Source: Gammaproteobacteria bacterium
GTDB lineage: Bacteria > Pseudomonadota > Gammaproteobacteria > Ga0077536
Assembly (NCBI GenBank): GCA_016874535.1
Contig: VGUA01000004.1
Coordinates: forward strand, 249 to 64,248
Length of the DNA: 64,000 bases
Direction of reading: 5' to 3'
The notes beneath the pieces were generated by a model. It was not told where the DNA came from, ran no database searches, and worked only from the letters and a program-made list of their open reading frames with translations. Each line of letters begins with the position of its first letter. The first letter of the stretch is position 1. Below are positions 53,150 through 62,702 of this stretch, in pieces. A program made the position numbers and the translations under genes.

Positions 53150-53974
53150 ATGCCAAGCTTCAAGGTGGCCTGCGTCCAGAACTGTGCAGAAGACGACTTG
53201 GACCGCAATCTCGAGGAGGCTGCACTGCGCTGTCGCGAGGCGGCACAGGCGGGTGCGGAGCTCATCTGCCTGCCCGAGAATTTCAGCTGCCTCGAAGAGC
53301 GCGACGAACTTTATGTCACGCGCGGACACACCGAGGAGACCCATCCCGCGCTGCCGATGTTCACGGCACTGGCGCGGGAGTTGGGTGTGCATCTGGCCTT
53401 GGGTTCCCTAACCATACGCCTCGATGGTGCGAAAGTGGCGAACCGGAGTTACCTGTTGTCGCCTGAGGGACGGTGTCTCGCAAGCTACGACAAGATTCAT
53501 CTCTTTGATGTCCGGCTGCGCAACGGCGAGTATTACCGTGAATCACGCGCGGTGGAGCCTGGACGCTGTGCGACGCTGGTGGACCTGCCCTGGGGCAGGA
53601 TGGGCCTTTCCATCTGCTACGACGTGCGCTTTCCCCGTCTCTATCGCGGCCTCGCGCAGGCGGGGGCGGAATTCCTCGCGATTCCGGCCGCCTTCACGCA
53701 CACCACGGGCCTCGCGCACTGGCATGTGCTGGTGCGCGCGCGCGCGATCGAAACCGGCTGCTACGTCTTTGCCGCGGGACAGTGCGGCACGCGACGGTGG
53801 GGTCGGCGCACGTTTGGACACTCGTTGATCGTTGACCCTTGGGGCGGGGTACTGGCGGATGGCGGGACTGAACCGGGCTTCATCCTGACCGACGTTGATC
53901 CGGCCAAGGTTGCCGAGGCACGCGCGATGATCCCCGCCCTGCAGCACGATCGGGAAATTCACTTCGGCGGTTGA
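53150..53974 (+). CDS. carbon-nitrogen hydrolase (nitrilase superfamily, Nit/omega-amidase-like)
   Basis: Catalytic triad contexts LPENF (Glu), YDKIHLFD (Lys) and LSICYDVRFP (Cys). Confidence 0.85.
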   Translation: MPSFKVACVQNCAEDDLDRNLEEAALRCREAAQAGAELICLPENFSCLEERDELYVTRGHTEETHPALPMFTALARELGVHLALGSLTIRLDGAKVANRSYLLSPEGRCLASYDKIHLFDVRLRNGEYYRESRAVEPGRCATLVDLPWGRMGLSICYDVRFPRLYRGLAQAGAEFLAIPAAFTHTTGLAHWHVLVRARAIETGCYVFAAGQCGTRRWGRRTFGHSLIVDPWGGVLADGGTEPGFILTDVDPAKVAEARAMIPALQHDREIHFGG

Positions 53975-53979
53975 TGCCC

Positions 53980-54014
53980 GATTAAGTCGAGGTTAACCGG
54001 TACCCACCGATACT
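53980..54014 (+). promoter_or_regulatory. PhoP-box-like direct repeat plus -10 element upstream of the PepSY-phoPQ-like operon
   Basis: GATTAA-gtcga-GGTTAA (hexamers 11 bp apart, 53980-53996), then a 12-nt spacer, then GATACT (54009-54014). This matches the (T/G)GTTTA-N5-(T/G)GTTTA geometry of enterobacterial PhoP-activated promoters. Confidence 0.45.
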
Positions 54015-54084
54015 CGCCCCAGTGGGCCGCCCTGAGAGCGGCCGCGCCTGTGTTCCCCTTGGCCCCGTGGGTTACTATTCCGCC

Positions 54085-54384
54085 ATGTCGCGCGTTGTCA
54101 GACCAGCACCCCTCCTGCTCTCTCTGCTCGGGGCATCGCTCCCGGTAGTGCTGCCAGCGCAGGAGAGCTACCTACCCCCCATGGAAGCCTCTGGTATGCC
54201 CCCCCGTCAGGACCCTGGTGCGGACCATGCGGCCGCCCGCGTGCGCGAGGAGACTGGTGGCAGGGTGCTCGATGTGCGCCCCGTACAGGAGGGCCTCGGC
54301 GACTCTTATGAAGTGCGAATCCTGCTGGACGAAGGTAGGGTGCGGCGCATTAGGGTTGACTCCGCATCCGGACAGGCGCGCTGA
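54085..54384 (+). CDS. PepSY domain-containing small periplasmic protein
   Basis: Signal peptide from ATG 54085 (APLLLSLLGASLPVVLPA). C-terminal ARVREETGGRVLDVRPV...YEVRILLDEGRVRRIRVD is PepSY-like. Confidence 0.7.
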   Translation: MSRVVRPAPLLLSLLGASLPVVLPAQESYLPPMEASGMPPRQDPGADHAAARVREETGGRVLDVRPVQEGLGDSYEVRILLDEGRVRRIRVDSASGQAR

Positions 54385-54389
54385 GCCCC

Positions 54390-55082
54390 ATGCGAGTACT
54401 GGTCGTCGAGGATGAGCCCCAACTCCTGCAAGGCCTGGCTTCCAGCTTGCGCAACGAGGGGTTTGCAGTCGATGTTGCCGCCAATGGTCGCGATGGACTG
54501 TTTGCCGGCAGCGAATATCCCATCGATCTGGCGGTCGTGGATCTGGGGCTACCCGATCTTTCCGGCACCGAGCTCATCGGGCGATGGCGCGCGGAGGGGC
54601 GCACATTCCCCGTTCTCATCCTCACGGCACGCGGCAGCTGGGAGGACAAGGTCGCCGGCCTCGAGCTCGGCGCCGATGATTACCTCGTCAAACCTTTTCA
54701 TACCCAGGAATTGATCGCGCGGATCCGGGCGCTGTTGCGCAGATCCGCGGGCTGGGCTGAATCCAAGCTGCGTTGTGGCCCGTATGTACTCGACACGGCA
54801 TCGAAATCGCTGGCTCGCGACAGCCAGCCAATTGAAATCACCGCCTTCGAATACAAGGTGCTCGAGTACCTGATGATGCACGCGGGTCGGGTGGTTTCCA
54901 AAACTGAACTGAGCGAACACCTCTATGAGGACGATGGAGATCGCGACAGCAATGTGCTGGAAGTGATCATCGGGCGGCTGCGGCGGAAACTCGATCCGGA
55001 CCGTGAACTGAATCCCGTCGAAACGGCACGCGGGCATGGCTATCGTTTCCGTTTCGAGCGCAACCAGTCCACCAGGGACTGA
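54390..55082 (+). CDS. phoP: OmpR-family response regulator, PhoP-like
   Basis: MRVLVVEDE..VVDLGLPD..RWR...PVLILTARGSWEDKV..LELGADDYLVKPFH.QEL.ARIRALLRR and the winged-helix C-terminus are colinear with E. coli PhoP. The symbol is tentative. Confidence 0.75.
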   Translation: MRVLVVEDEPQLLQGLASSLRNEGFAVDVAANGRDGLFAGSEYPIDLAVVDLGLPDLSGTELIGRWRAEGRTFPVLILTARGSWEDKVAGLELGADDYLVKPFHTQELIARIRALLRRSAGWAESKLRCGPYVLDTASKSLARDSQPIEITAFEYKVLEYLMMHAGRVVSKTELSEHLYEDDGDRDSNVLEVIIGRLRRKLDPDRELNPVETARGHGYRFRFERNQSTRD

Positions 55083-55115
55083 ACCCGCGCGGGCCACTGC
55101 TCACGCGGCGCCCTG

Positions 55116-56486
55116 ATGCTGAGTTCGCTTCACGCCAGATTGCTGGTGGTCGCCGGAGTGGTGCTGGCGTCCTTTCTTGGAACGGCAGCGCTGGTGCTCG
55201 ATCATGGCTTCAGGGATTCCGCCCGCGACGCCGTACAGGAGCGGCTGAAGGGACAGATTTTCGTACTGCTCGGCCTTGCCGATCTCGACACTCCAGCCCG
55301 TGTCCTCAACGATGCCCTGCTGCCGGACACTTCGCTTGCCACGCCGGAGTCGGGCCACTACGCGCAGATTCATGACGCTGATGGGCGCGTCCTGTGGCGT
55401 TCACGCTCGATGCTGGGGCTCGCCATCCAGTGGCCCGGCGAGCGGGCGGCGGGCAACTTCGTGTTCGAGGAAGCGATTTCTTCCACCGAAGAGCCCCTCT
55501 TCTGCCTGAGCTATCTGGTGCAGTGGGAAACCCGGGACAAGGCCGGGGCCCGCCCTTACACCTTCCAGAGCTGTGAAGGGCGCGGGGCTTTCGATGCACA
55601 GGTGTTGAGATTCCAGCACAGGATGTGGCTCTGGTTTGGCGGCCTCGCGGCATTTCTGTTGTTGATCCAGCTCGTCATCCTGCGCTGGGGACTGGGACCG
55701 CTGCGCCAGATTGCCAGCGAGCTCAGCGCGATCGAAGCCGGGGACAAACAGACGCTCAGTGGTCGTTATCCACGGGAACTGCAGGCGGTGGCGGGAAACC
55801 TGAATGCCTTGCTTGCAGCACGCGATACCCATCTGCAGCGGTATCGCAACGCGCTGGGCGATCTGGCGCACAGCCTGAAGACCCCATTGGCGGTGATTCG
55901 CTCCACTCTGGAACGGGGCGCGGGTGCTGGAAACATCGCTGAGGCGCTTCGCGAGCCGGTCGACCAGCTCGATGCGACCATCAAATACCAGCTTCAGCGT
56001 GCAGCGACCGCTGGCCGCAGCGCGCTCTCCCGTCCGGTGCCGGTGGCACCGGTCCTGGATCGCCTGGTGGCATCGCTGCGCAAGGTCTATCACTCGCGCG
56101 AGATCGAAATCTCGGGCACTGCACCCGGGGACGCCATGTTCTATGGCGACCAGGGTGACCTCATGGAGATCGTCGGGAACCTCGCCGACAACGCCTGCAA
56201 GTGGGCGCGCCACGAAGTCAGGGTCGAGATTTCCACAACGCCACCGGAACTTCCCGGCAAACGGCCCGGGCTCCGTATCCGCGTGCATGATGATGGCCCG
56301 GGTCTGCCTGCGGGTAAGGTGCTTGAGGTGATGCAAAGGGGCGCCAGACTCGACCAGTCCGTGGAGGGCCACGGCATCGGGCTCGCCACCGTGCGGGAGA
56401 TCGTCGAGGGTGCCTATTCCGGCAGACTCAGCCTGTCATCGGATGAGGCGGGAACCGTCGCGGAGGCCAACATCACTTTCGCCTGA
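55116..56486 (+). CDS. phoQ: sensor histidine kinase, PhoQ-like
   Basis: Two TM segments flank a periplasmic domain. HAMP, the H-box [19 protein letters not shown], and the HATPase N/G boxes ([22 protein letters not shown]). The symbol is tentative. Confidence 0.75.
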   Translation: MLSSLHARLLVVAGVVLASFLGTAALVLDHGFRDSARDAVQERLKGQIFVLLGLADLDTPARVLNDALLPDTSLATPESGHYAQIHDADGRVLWRSRSMLGLAIQWPGERAAGNFVFEEAISSTEEPLFCLSYLVQWETRDKAGARPYTFQSCEGRGAFDAQVLRFQHRMWLWFGGLAAFLLLIQLVILRWGLGPLRQIASELSAIEAGDKQTLSGRYPRELQAVAGNLNALLAARDTHLQRYRNALGDLAHSLKTPLAVIRSTLERGAGAGNIAEALREPVDQLDATIKYQLQRAATAGRSALSRPVPVAPVLDRLVASLRKVYHSREIEISGTAPGDAMFYGDQGDLMEIVGNLADNACKWARHEVRVEISTTPPELPGKRPGLRIRVHDDGPGLPAGKVLEVMQRGARLDQSVEGHGIGLATVREIVEGAYSGRLSLSSDEAGTVAEANITFA

Positions 56487-56535
56487 ACCGCGCCTGTATC
56501 CTGCTATACTCGCGCCAACTTACAGGCGATCATTC

Positions 56536-57090
56536 ATGTACACTTTCGCGCCCATTCACGCCGACGCACCCATCATCCTGAATGGGCTGCACAAGAATTC
56601 CTACACCTACGATGAGCTCATCGGATGCGGTCGCGGCGAACTGTTCGGCCCGGGTAACGCCCAGCTTCCCCTGCCGCCAATGCTGATGTTCGACCGCATC
56701 ATTGAAATCAATGACAAGGGCGGGCGCTACAACAAGGGCGAGATCGTCGCTGAGCTGGACATCAATCCCGAACTCTGGTTTTTCAAGTGCCACTTCGAGG
56801 GTGATCCCGTCATGCCCGGATGTCTGGGCCTGGATGCCATGTGGCAGCTGATCGGTTTCTTCCTGGCCTGGAAGGGTGGTCTGGGCCGCGGACGTGCCTT
56901 GGGTGGCAACGAGATCCAGTTCACGGGTCAGGTCACGCCGGATCGCAAGCTCATCCGCTATCACATCGACATCAAGCGCTTGGTACAGCGAGGCCTTGTG
57001 ATGGGCATTGCCGATGCCCGCATGGAGGTCGATGGCGAGAAAATCTACGAAGGCTCCAGCCTGCGGGTGGGACTCTTCACCGAGATCTGA
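56536..57090 (+). CDS. fabA: 3-hydroxydecanoyl-ACP dehydratase / trans-2-decenoyl-ACP isomerase
   Basis: [40 protein letters not shown] (active-site His and Asp) and KVGLF-type C-terminus, colinear with E. coli FabA. The N-terminus is about 14 aa longer. Confidence 0.93.
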   Translation: MYTFAPIHADAPIILNGLHKNSYTYDELIGCGRGELFGPGNAQLPLPPMLMFDRIIEINDKGGRYNKGEIVAELDINPELWFFKCHFEGDPVMPGCLGLDAMWQLIGFFLAWKGGLGRGRALGGNEIQFTGQVTPDRKLIRYHIDIKRLVQRGLVMGIADARMEVDGEKIYEGSSLRVGLFTEI

Positions 57091-57097
57091 TCTGCGG

Positions 57098-58384
57098 CTA
57101 CCGCACAGCGGTGAACGCCGCCCGTGCCGCCTCCAGTGTCTGCCGGATCTCGTCCTCTCCATGCGCAGCAGAAATGAACCCGGCTTCGAAGGCCGAGGGC
57201 GCGAGATATACCCCCCGCTGCAGCATTTCGTGGAAGAACCGCTGAAAGCGCTCCACGTCACAGGCCTTGACCTCTGCGTAGTTGGTAATCCGGGGTGCAG
57301 CTGAGAAGAACAGGCCGAACATGCCGGCCACCCGATTGGTGGTGAAGGGGACCCCGGCATCGCGGGCGGCCTTTTCCAGACCTTCGGTCAATCTGGCGGT
57401 GTTTTCTTCCAGGCGCGCATGGAAGCCGGGAGCATCGAGCAATTCCAGGGTCGCCAGACCACTCGCCATGGCAAGCGGATTACCGGACAGGGTACCCGCC
57501 TGATAAATGGGGCCGGTGGGCGCGATGGAATCCATGATGCGCGCGGGACCACCGAAAGCTCCGACCGGCAGTCCGCCACCGATCACCTTGCCGAGCACCG
57601 TGATGTCCGGCGTGATGCCGTACAGGCCTTGGGCGCTGTGGCGATGTACGCGGAAGCCCGTCATCACTTCATCAAAAATCAGCAGCGAGCCGTGCTTGGC
57701 CGTGATTTCGCGCAGCCCTTCCAGAAAACCCGGTGCGGGCGGAACGCAGTTCATGTTGCCGGCGATGGGTTCCACGATCACGGCAGCTATTTCCGGACCC
57801 GCGTCGGCGAAGATACGTTCCAGATCCTGCAGGTCGTTGAAGCTTGCCGTGATGGTGAGATTGGCGAGCTCAGCCGGCACGCCCGGCGAGGTGGGTACTC
57901 CCATGGTCAGCGCGCCTGAACCTGCCTTGACCAGCAGGGAGTCCGCGTGGCCATGGTAGCAACCCTCGAACTTCACGATGCGGGAGCGCCCCGTAAAGCC
58001 GCGTGCGAGCCGGATCGCACTCATCGCCGCTTCCGTTCCGGAGCTCACCATCCGCACCTTCTCGATGGAGGGGATGAGGGCGCAGACTTTCTCCGCCAGG
58101 CGCGTCTCGATTGCGGTTGGGGTGCCAAAGCTCACCCCGCGATCCAGCTGATCCACGATGGCCGCGCGCACTGACGGATGCAAGTGGCCGACGATCATCG
58201 GCCCCCAGCTTCCGACATAGTCCACGTAACGATTGCCGTCCTCGTCGAAAAGATAGGCGCCCTCGGCCCTGGAGATGAACACCGGACTGCCACCCACCCC
58301 GTTGAAGGCCCGCACCGGCGAATTCACGCCTCCTGGGATGCAACGTTGGGCGGCATTGAAGAGCTGGGCGGAGCGATCGAGCAT
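57098..58384 (-). CDS. hemL: glutamate-1-semialdehyde 2,1-aminomutase
   Basis: [22 protein letters not shown] and the [18 protein letters not shown]-lysine block. Confidence 0.96.
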   Translation of the reverse strand: MLDRSAQLFNAAQRCIPGGVNSPVRAFNGVGGSPVFISRAEGAYLFDEDGNRYVDYVGSWGPMIVGHLHPSVRAAIVDQLDRGVSFGTPTAIETRLAEKVCALIPSIEKVRMVSSGTEAAMSAIRLARGFTGRSRIVKFEGCYHGHADSLLVKAGSGALTMGVPTSPGVPAELANLTITASFNDLQDLERIFADAGPEIAAVIVEPIAGNMNCVPPAPGFLEGLREITAKHGSLLIFDEVMTGFRVHRHSAQGLYGITPDITVLGKVIGGGLPVGAFGGPARIMDSIAPTGPIYQAGTLSGNPLAMASGLATLELLDAPGFHARLEENTARLTEGLEKAARDAGVPFTTNRVAGMFGLFFSAAPRITNYAEVKACDVERFQRFFHEMLQRGVYLAPSAFEAGFISAAHGEDEIRQTLEAARAAFTAVR

Positions 58385-58428
58385 GGTGATGATCCGGTAT
58401 TGGTTCCTGGGTTGCGGCTGGGTCGGGA

Positions 58429-59055
58429 TCAGGCGAAGAGTTCGGCGTAGCGGTGCACGGCCCGGGCAATGTCCCCGGCGTCGAAAACGCTGCTTATGGC
58501 GGCAAGATAGTCCGCACCCGCCTCGATCACGGCGTGGCCATTTTCAGGGGTTATACCCCCGATCGCAACGATCGGGACGGCAAGTTCCGCGCGCGCTGCA
58601 CGCAACACCGCAGGTTCGCAGCGGATTGCCGCGGGCTTGGTCCGCGATGGATAAAGACTGCCGAAAGCGATGTAGTCGGCGCCGCGGGTGATCGCCTCTC
58701 TTGCTCGTGCGAGATCGTTGTAGCACGAGACGCCAACCAGCAAACGGGGTGAAGTGGAGGCGGCGGTCTCGAGCAGGTGCATCTCGTCTCGCCCCAGATG
58801 CACACCATCGGCACCTGATTCGATAGCCAATGCAAGATCATCATTGATGATCAGTGGGACGCGGGCGGCCCGGCAGAGCTCGCCCAACTTTCGGGCCAAC
58901 CGCAATCTGTCCGCCCAGATCCCTGACTTGTCGCGGTATTGAAGCGCGCCGAGGCCCGCATCGAGGGCAATGGAGACTTTCTCAAAGCAGGCCGCCTCGG
59001 TGGCACCATCCGGCGTGATGGCGTAAAGACCATTCATTGGCCAGCCCGCCCTCAT
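58429..59055 (-). CDS. thiE: thiamine-phosphate synthase
   Basis: [14 protein letters not shown] and INDDLALA motifs. The ATG 59055 overlaps the thiD stop (ATGA). Confidence 0.9.
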   Translation of the reverse strand: MRAGWPMNGLYAITPDGATEAACFEKVSIALDAGLGALQYRDKSGIWADRLRLARKLGELCRAARVPLIINDDLALAIESGADGVHLGRDEMHLLETAASTSPRLLVGVSCYNDLARAREAITRGADYIAFGSLYPSRTKPAAIRCEPAVLRAARAELAVPIVAIGGITPENGHAVIEAGADYLAAISSVFDAGDIARAVHRYAELFA

Positions 59056-59876
59056 GGATACTCTCCCTGCCAGAACCAGCGCCGGTCAGGAATCGCCTGG
59101 GCGCCGCCAATCGGGAAAGCGTTTCGCACACCGCCCCAAGTGTAATCGAGCGCCATGCCGACTGCGGACTCGAGGGGAATCCCGCGCGCGCACCCTGCCG
59201 CGATGGCGCTCGAAAGGGTGCAGCCCGTGCCGTGGAAGAGGCCATCGACATGCGGACTGGAAAACTCCGCACAGCGTTGGCCTTTTCGATAGAGCAGGTG
59301 TCGTACCTGTCCTTTTTCCGGCGCATCCCCTCCCGTGACCAGCGCATAGGGCGGCAGCGGGGCATCGCCAGAGAGCCTGGCGCCTGCGTCTTCCGCTGTG
59401 TCCGCGCCGGTGAGGCGTCTGGCCTCACGCAGGTTGGGCTTGATCAGGGTTGTGCGCGCCAGCAGTTCCAAGGGCAGGCAATCCTGGAGGGAAGCCTGCA
59501 TGAGAGTCCCTCCTGCACTGGCAGTCATCACGGGGTCGAGGATCACGGGCACCGTGGGCGGCAGGTTCGAGATTGCCTTGCCCAACGCCGATGCAGCGGC
59601 CTCCGAGGGCAGCATGCCTATCTTGCAGGCGGCGACGGGGCCCACGTCCGCCAGCAGGGACTCGATTTGCTCCAGCAGATCTGCGTCGGAAGCCGGAATC
59701 ACCCGCTGCAACCCGCGAGTGTTCTGGATGGTCAGTCCGGTGGCGATGGGTAGCGCGTGGCAGCCCAGGGCGAAGCAGGTCTCGATGTCGGCCTGCAGGC
59801 CGGCGCCGCTGGGATCCAGCCCTCCGATCACGAGCACCAGCGGGCGACGCGTCGACGGCCGTCCTTGCGTTACCAT
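59052..59876 (-). CDS. thiD: hydroxymethylpyrimidine/phosphomethylpyrimidine kinase
   Basis: VLVIGGLDPSGGAG-like motif (VIGGLDPSGAGLQADI), DPVM and GTGCTLSSAIAA. ATG 59876 (the track start at 59882 is a TTG). Confidence 0.9.
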   Translation of the reverse strand: MVTQGRPSTRRPLVLVIGGLDPSGAGLQADIETCFALGCHALPIATGLTIQNTRGLQRVIPASDADLLEQIESLLADVGPVAACKIGMLPSEAAASALGKAISNLPPTVPVILDPVMTASAGGTLMQASLQDCLPLELLARTTLIKPNLREARRLTGADTAEDAGARLSGDAPLPPYALVTGGDAPEKGQVRHLLYRKGQRCAEFSSPHVDGLFHGTGCTLSSAIAAGCARGIPLESAVGMALDYTWGGVRNAFPIGGAQAIPDRRWFWQGEYP

Positions 59877-59909
59877 CTCCAAAGACCTTTTGCTGATGGC
59901 GGGACCGTC

Positions 59910-60074
59910 TTGAGAAAATTCATCTGCGTGATCTGTGGATTCATTTACGACGAGGCGCTGGGCGTGCCCGAGGAGGGTATCCCTGCGGGTACCCGCTTCG
60001 AGGATCTTCCACCCAACTGGACCTGCCCCGACTGCTCGGCTCGCAAGGAGGATTTCGAACTACTCGAGTCCTTA
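59910..60074 (+). CDS. rubredoxin (domain region; the formal ORF has NO in-frame stop until 60827)
   Basis: TTG 59910 gives MRKFICVICGFIYDEALGVPEEGIPAGTRFEDLPPNWTCPDCSARKEDFELLES, with both CxxCG knuckles. Family members end about here, but the frame continues LGGAASERFH... antisense through hemJ. Confidence 0.8.
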
Positions 60075-60086
60075 GGGGGGGCTGCA

Positions 60087-60515
60087 TCAGAACGGTTTCA
60101 CCTCTGCGAGGATGACCACAGGCACCAGAATGAAAACAGGCAATTCGTTGATAATTCTGTAAAATTTTTCCGAGTGCGCATTCTGGTCGGCAGCGAACCT
60201 GGCGCCAAGACGTCCCAGATACAGGTGATAGACGACAAGCACTCCAACCAACCCGAGCTTGAGCTGCAGCCAACCCGTCGCTGCCACCCAATCAAGTCCC
60301 TTCAGCGCGATCAACCACAGCCCGAAGCCCAGGGTGAGTACGGCAGAGGGGGTGGTGATGCCCCGATAGAGCCGACGCTCCATGATCTTGAAGCGCGCAA
60401 TGCTGATCTCGTCCCGCGCAGCGCTGTGATAGACGTAGAGGCGAGGCAGGTAGAACAGTCCGGCGAACCAGGCCACCATGGAAACCAGATGCAGCGACTT
60501 GATCCAGAGATACAT
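60087..60515 (-). CDS. hemJ: protoporphyrinogen IX oxidase HemJ (UPF0093/CopD-like)
   Basis: 142 aa, 4 TM. WIKSLHLVSMVAWFAGLFYLPRLYVYH hallmark with the His ligand. Confidence 0.85.
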   Translation of the reverse strand: MYLWIKSLHLVSMVAWFAGLFYLPRLYVYHSAARDEISIARFKIMERRLYRGITTPSAVLTLGFGLWLIALKGLDWVAATGWLQLKLGLVGVLVVYHLYLGRLGARFAADQNAHSEKFYRIINELPVFILVPVVILAEVKPF

Positions 60516-60715
60516 GGCGCTGTCGACTCGGAGTTGGATGAGGCCCGGATTATGCGACAGCGCCCGGGGATAGTCGCCTTCCTGAGTGGTTTCCCGGGCC
60601 TGTGCGACAGTCGCCGAGGCGGTCTTGACTATTCACTGGAAGCGCATAAGGTGGCTGACTGGTCCCGCCGCCCGGGTCCCCCGCGCTGCGGTGTCCGCAA
60701 ACAAGAGATCCGCCT

Positions 60716-61123
60716 ATGTTCAATCGCAAGAAGCGCAGACACATGGATGCCAGTTCCATCATCGGCCAACATACCGAGGTGGACGGCAACATCAATTTCG
60801 AGGGGCGCCTGCACGTCAACGGGGTGATCCGGGGCGATGTGTCTGCAACCCAGGATGAAAAGGCCATGCTTACGCTGAGCGAGAGCGGCGCCATCCATGG
60901 AAACGTCCAGGTCCCTTACGTCATCCTGAACGGCCCCGTGATTGGCTCGGTCCACGCACGGGACCACATCGAACTCGCGTCCAAGGCCAGAGTCGAAGGG
61001 GACGTGCATTACGCCCTCATGGAAATGGCCATGGGTGCTGAAGTCAACGGGAAACTGGTGCGGATCACCGGCAGGGAAATGGAGCGGGTGCGGATCGAAG
61101 AGCCGCAGCGGGAGCCCTCCTGA
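60716..61123 (+). CDS. bactofilin family polymer-forming cytoskeletal protein
   Basis: Repetitive beta-helix pattern: [64 protein letters not shown] (DUF583). Confidence 0.85.
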   Translation: MFNRKKRRHMDASSIIGQHTEVDGNINFEGRLHVNGVIRGDVSATQDEKAMLTLSESGAIHGNVQVPYVILNGPVIGSVHARDHIELASKARVEGDVHYALMEMAMGAEVNGKLVRITGREMERVRIEEPQREPS

Positions 61124-61176
61124 GAGCGCTGCAAGTCGCGCGAACTGAACCACGGAACACAGTCGAGGATAGAAAA

Positions 61177-61542
61177 ATGTCTGCCATTTCATCAGAGCTT
61201 GAAGCGGACCTTGATGCGCCGCTGCTGTTTACCGACGCGGCAGCACTCAAAGTGAAGACCCTGATCGACGAGGAGGGTGATGAATCCCTGATGCTGCGGG
61301 TGTTCATCTCCGGCGGAGGCTGCTCAGGCTTCCAGTACGGTTTCACCTTCGAGCAGAACGAGGGCGACGGGGACACGATCGTCGAGAACCAAGGCGTGAG
61401 GCTGCTGGTCGATCCGATGAGCATCCAGTACCTGATGGGAGCGGAGATCGACTACAGCGAAGGGCTGGAGGGCGCCCAGTTCGTCATCCGCAATCCGAAC
61501 GCACAAACCACCTGCGGGTGCGGCTCATCCTTCTCGGTCTGA
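61177..61542 (+). CDS. erpA: iron-sulfur cluster insertion protein ErpA (A-type carrier)
   Basis: [17 protein letters not shown] and the C-terminal CGCGSSFSV. Confidence 0.93.
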   Translation: MSAISSELEADLDAPLLFTDAAALKVKTLIDEEGDESLMLRVFISGGGCSGFQYGFTFEQNEGDGDTIVENQGVRLLVDPMSIQYLMGAEIDYSEGLEGAQFVIRNPNAQTTCGCGSSFSV

Positions 61543-61550
61543 CCCCCGTC

Positions 61551-62657
61551 TCAAGGCAGATATAGGGCCCCCAAGACGGCAGGTCTCGTCGCCCCGGTAA
61601 CACTTGGCGCATTCCCGGCGAGTCCGGCGAGGCGCCGGTGCGCCAGCCACGCGAAGGCCATGGCTTCCAAAGCTGCCGCCGGCACGCCTGCTTCGTCGGT
61701 GCTCTGCACCCGACGATGCGGCAGAAGGTCGACCAGACGCTGCATGAGGAACCCGTTTCGGGTGCCCCCCCCGCAGACGAACACGGTGTCGCCCTCCGGC
61801 TGATGCCGCCGGATTTCCTGAGAGATGGTCACCGCCGTGAGTTCCAGCAAGGTGCGTTGGACGTCCGCGGGAGCGCCTGCTCCCAGCCCTCCCAGTCGCT
61901 GCCGCAGCCACCCCAGATTGAACAGCTCGCGGCCCGTCGATTTGGGCGTCATGCTGGAGAAGTAAGGCTCTGCGAGCAACCTGTCGAGCAGCTCTGGCAA
62001 CAACTTGCCGCCGCGCGCCCAGTCGCCTCCCGCGTCAAAAGCCGAACCCAGGTGCAGGGCTGCCCAGCCATCCATCAGCGTGTTTCCCGGACCGGTATCA
62101 AACGCGATTAGCCCTCCTGAAGGCTCTCCGGTCAGGAGGGTGACGTTCGCGAGACCTCCGATATTGACCACCGCGGTCGGCTTGTCTGTTCGGCCAAACA
62201 GCGCCTCATGGAAGAGGGGGACCAAGGGTGCCCCCTGCCCACCGAGTGCCACATCGGAACTTCTGAAATCGCAAATCACGGGCAGGCCGGTGGCGACCGC
62301 AATGGAGGCGCCATCTCCTATCTGCAAGGTGCATGGAACCGCGCCTGAAGGCGCATGCCACAGTGTCTGGCCATGACTGCCAATGGCGGACACGTCTGAC
62401 CACGACTGTCCCGCTTCGGAGAACAGCGCAAGGGCGGCCCCTGCGAACTCGCGTCCTACGCGAACATGCAGCGCAGCCAGTCCGGACAGGGAAACAGTGT
62501 CGGTGGTGACAGCCCGCTCCAGCTCCCGATGCAAATCCTCGGGGTAGGGGCTTTCACGATATGCGATGAGCGAGATCTTGCCACCGGCGACCTCAACGAG
62601 GGCGGCATCGATGCCATCCATGCTGGTGCCGGAAATCAGGCCGATATAGCGCGGCAT
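61551..62657 (-). CDS. anmK: anhydro-N-acetylmuramic acid kinase
   Basis: YIGLISGTSMDGIDAALV N-terminus. 368 aa. Position next to erpA, as in Pseudomonas. Confidence 0.92.
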   Translation of the reverse strand: MPRYIGLISGTSMDGIDAALVEVAGGKISLIAYRESPYPEDLHRELERAVTTDTVSLSGLAALHVRVGREFAGAALALFSEAGQSWSDVSAIGSHGQTLWHAPSGAVPCTLQIGDGASIAVATGLPVICDFRSSDVALGGQGAPLVPLFHEALFGRTDKPTAVVNIGGLANVTLLTGEPSGGLIAFDTGPGNTLMDGWAALHLGSAFDAGGDWARGGKLLPELLDRLLAEPYFSSMTPKSTGRELFNLGWLRQRLGGLGAGAPADVQRTLLELTAVTISQEIRRHQPEGDTVFVCGGGTRNGFLMQRLVDLLPHRRVQSTDEAGVPAAALEAMAFAWLAHRRLAGLAGNAPSVTGATRPAVLGALYLP

Positions 62658-62702
62658 TGCGGGCGGTCCCTCCCGGGGGACGCTTGCGTCGGGCTGAGGA
62701 AC

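Noticed and set aside
59877-59909. A TPP riboswitch upstream of thiD-thiE.
   Set aside because: Only about 33 nt separate the thiD start from the divergent rubredoxin start, which is too short for a THI element. None of the conserved CUGAGA or ACCUGA segments was seen.
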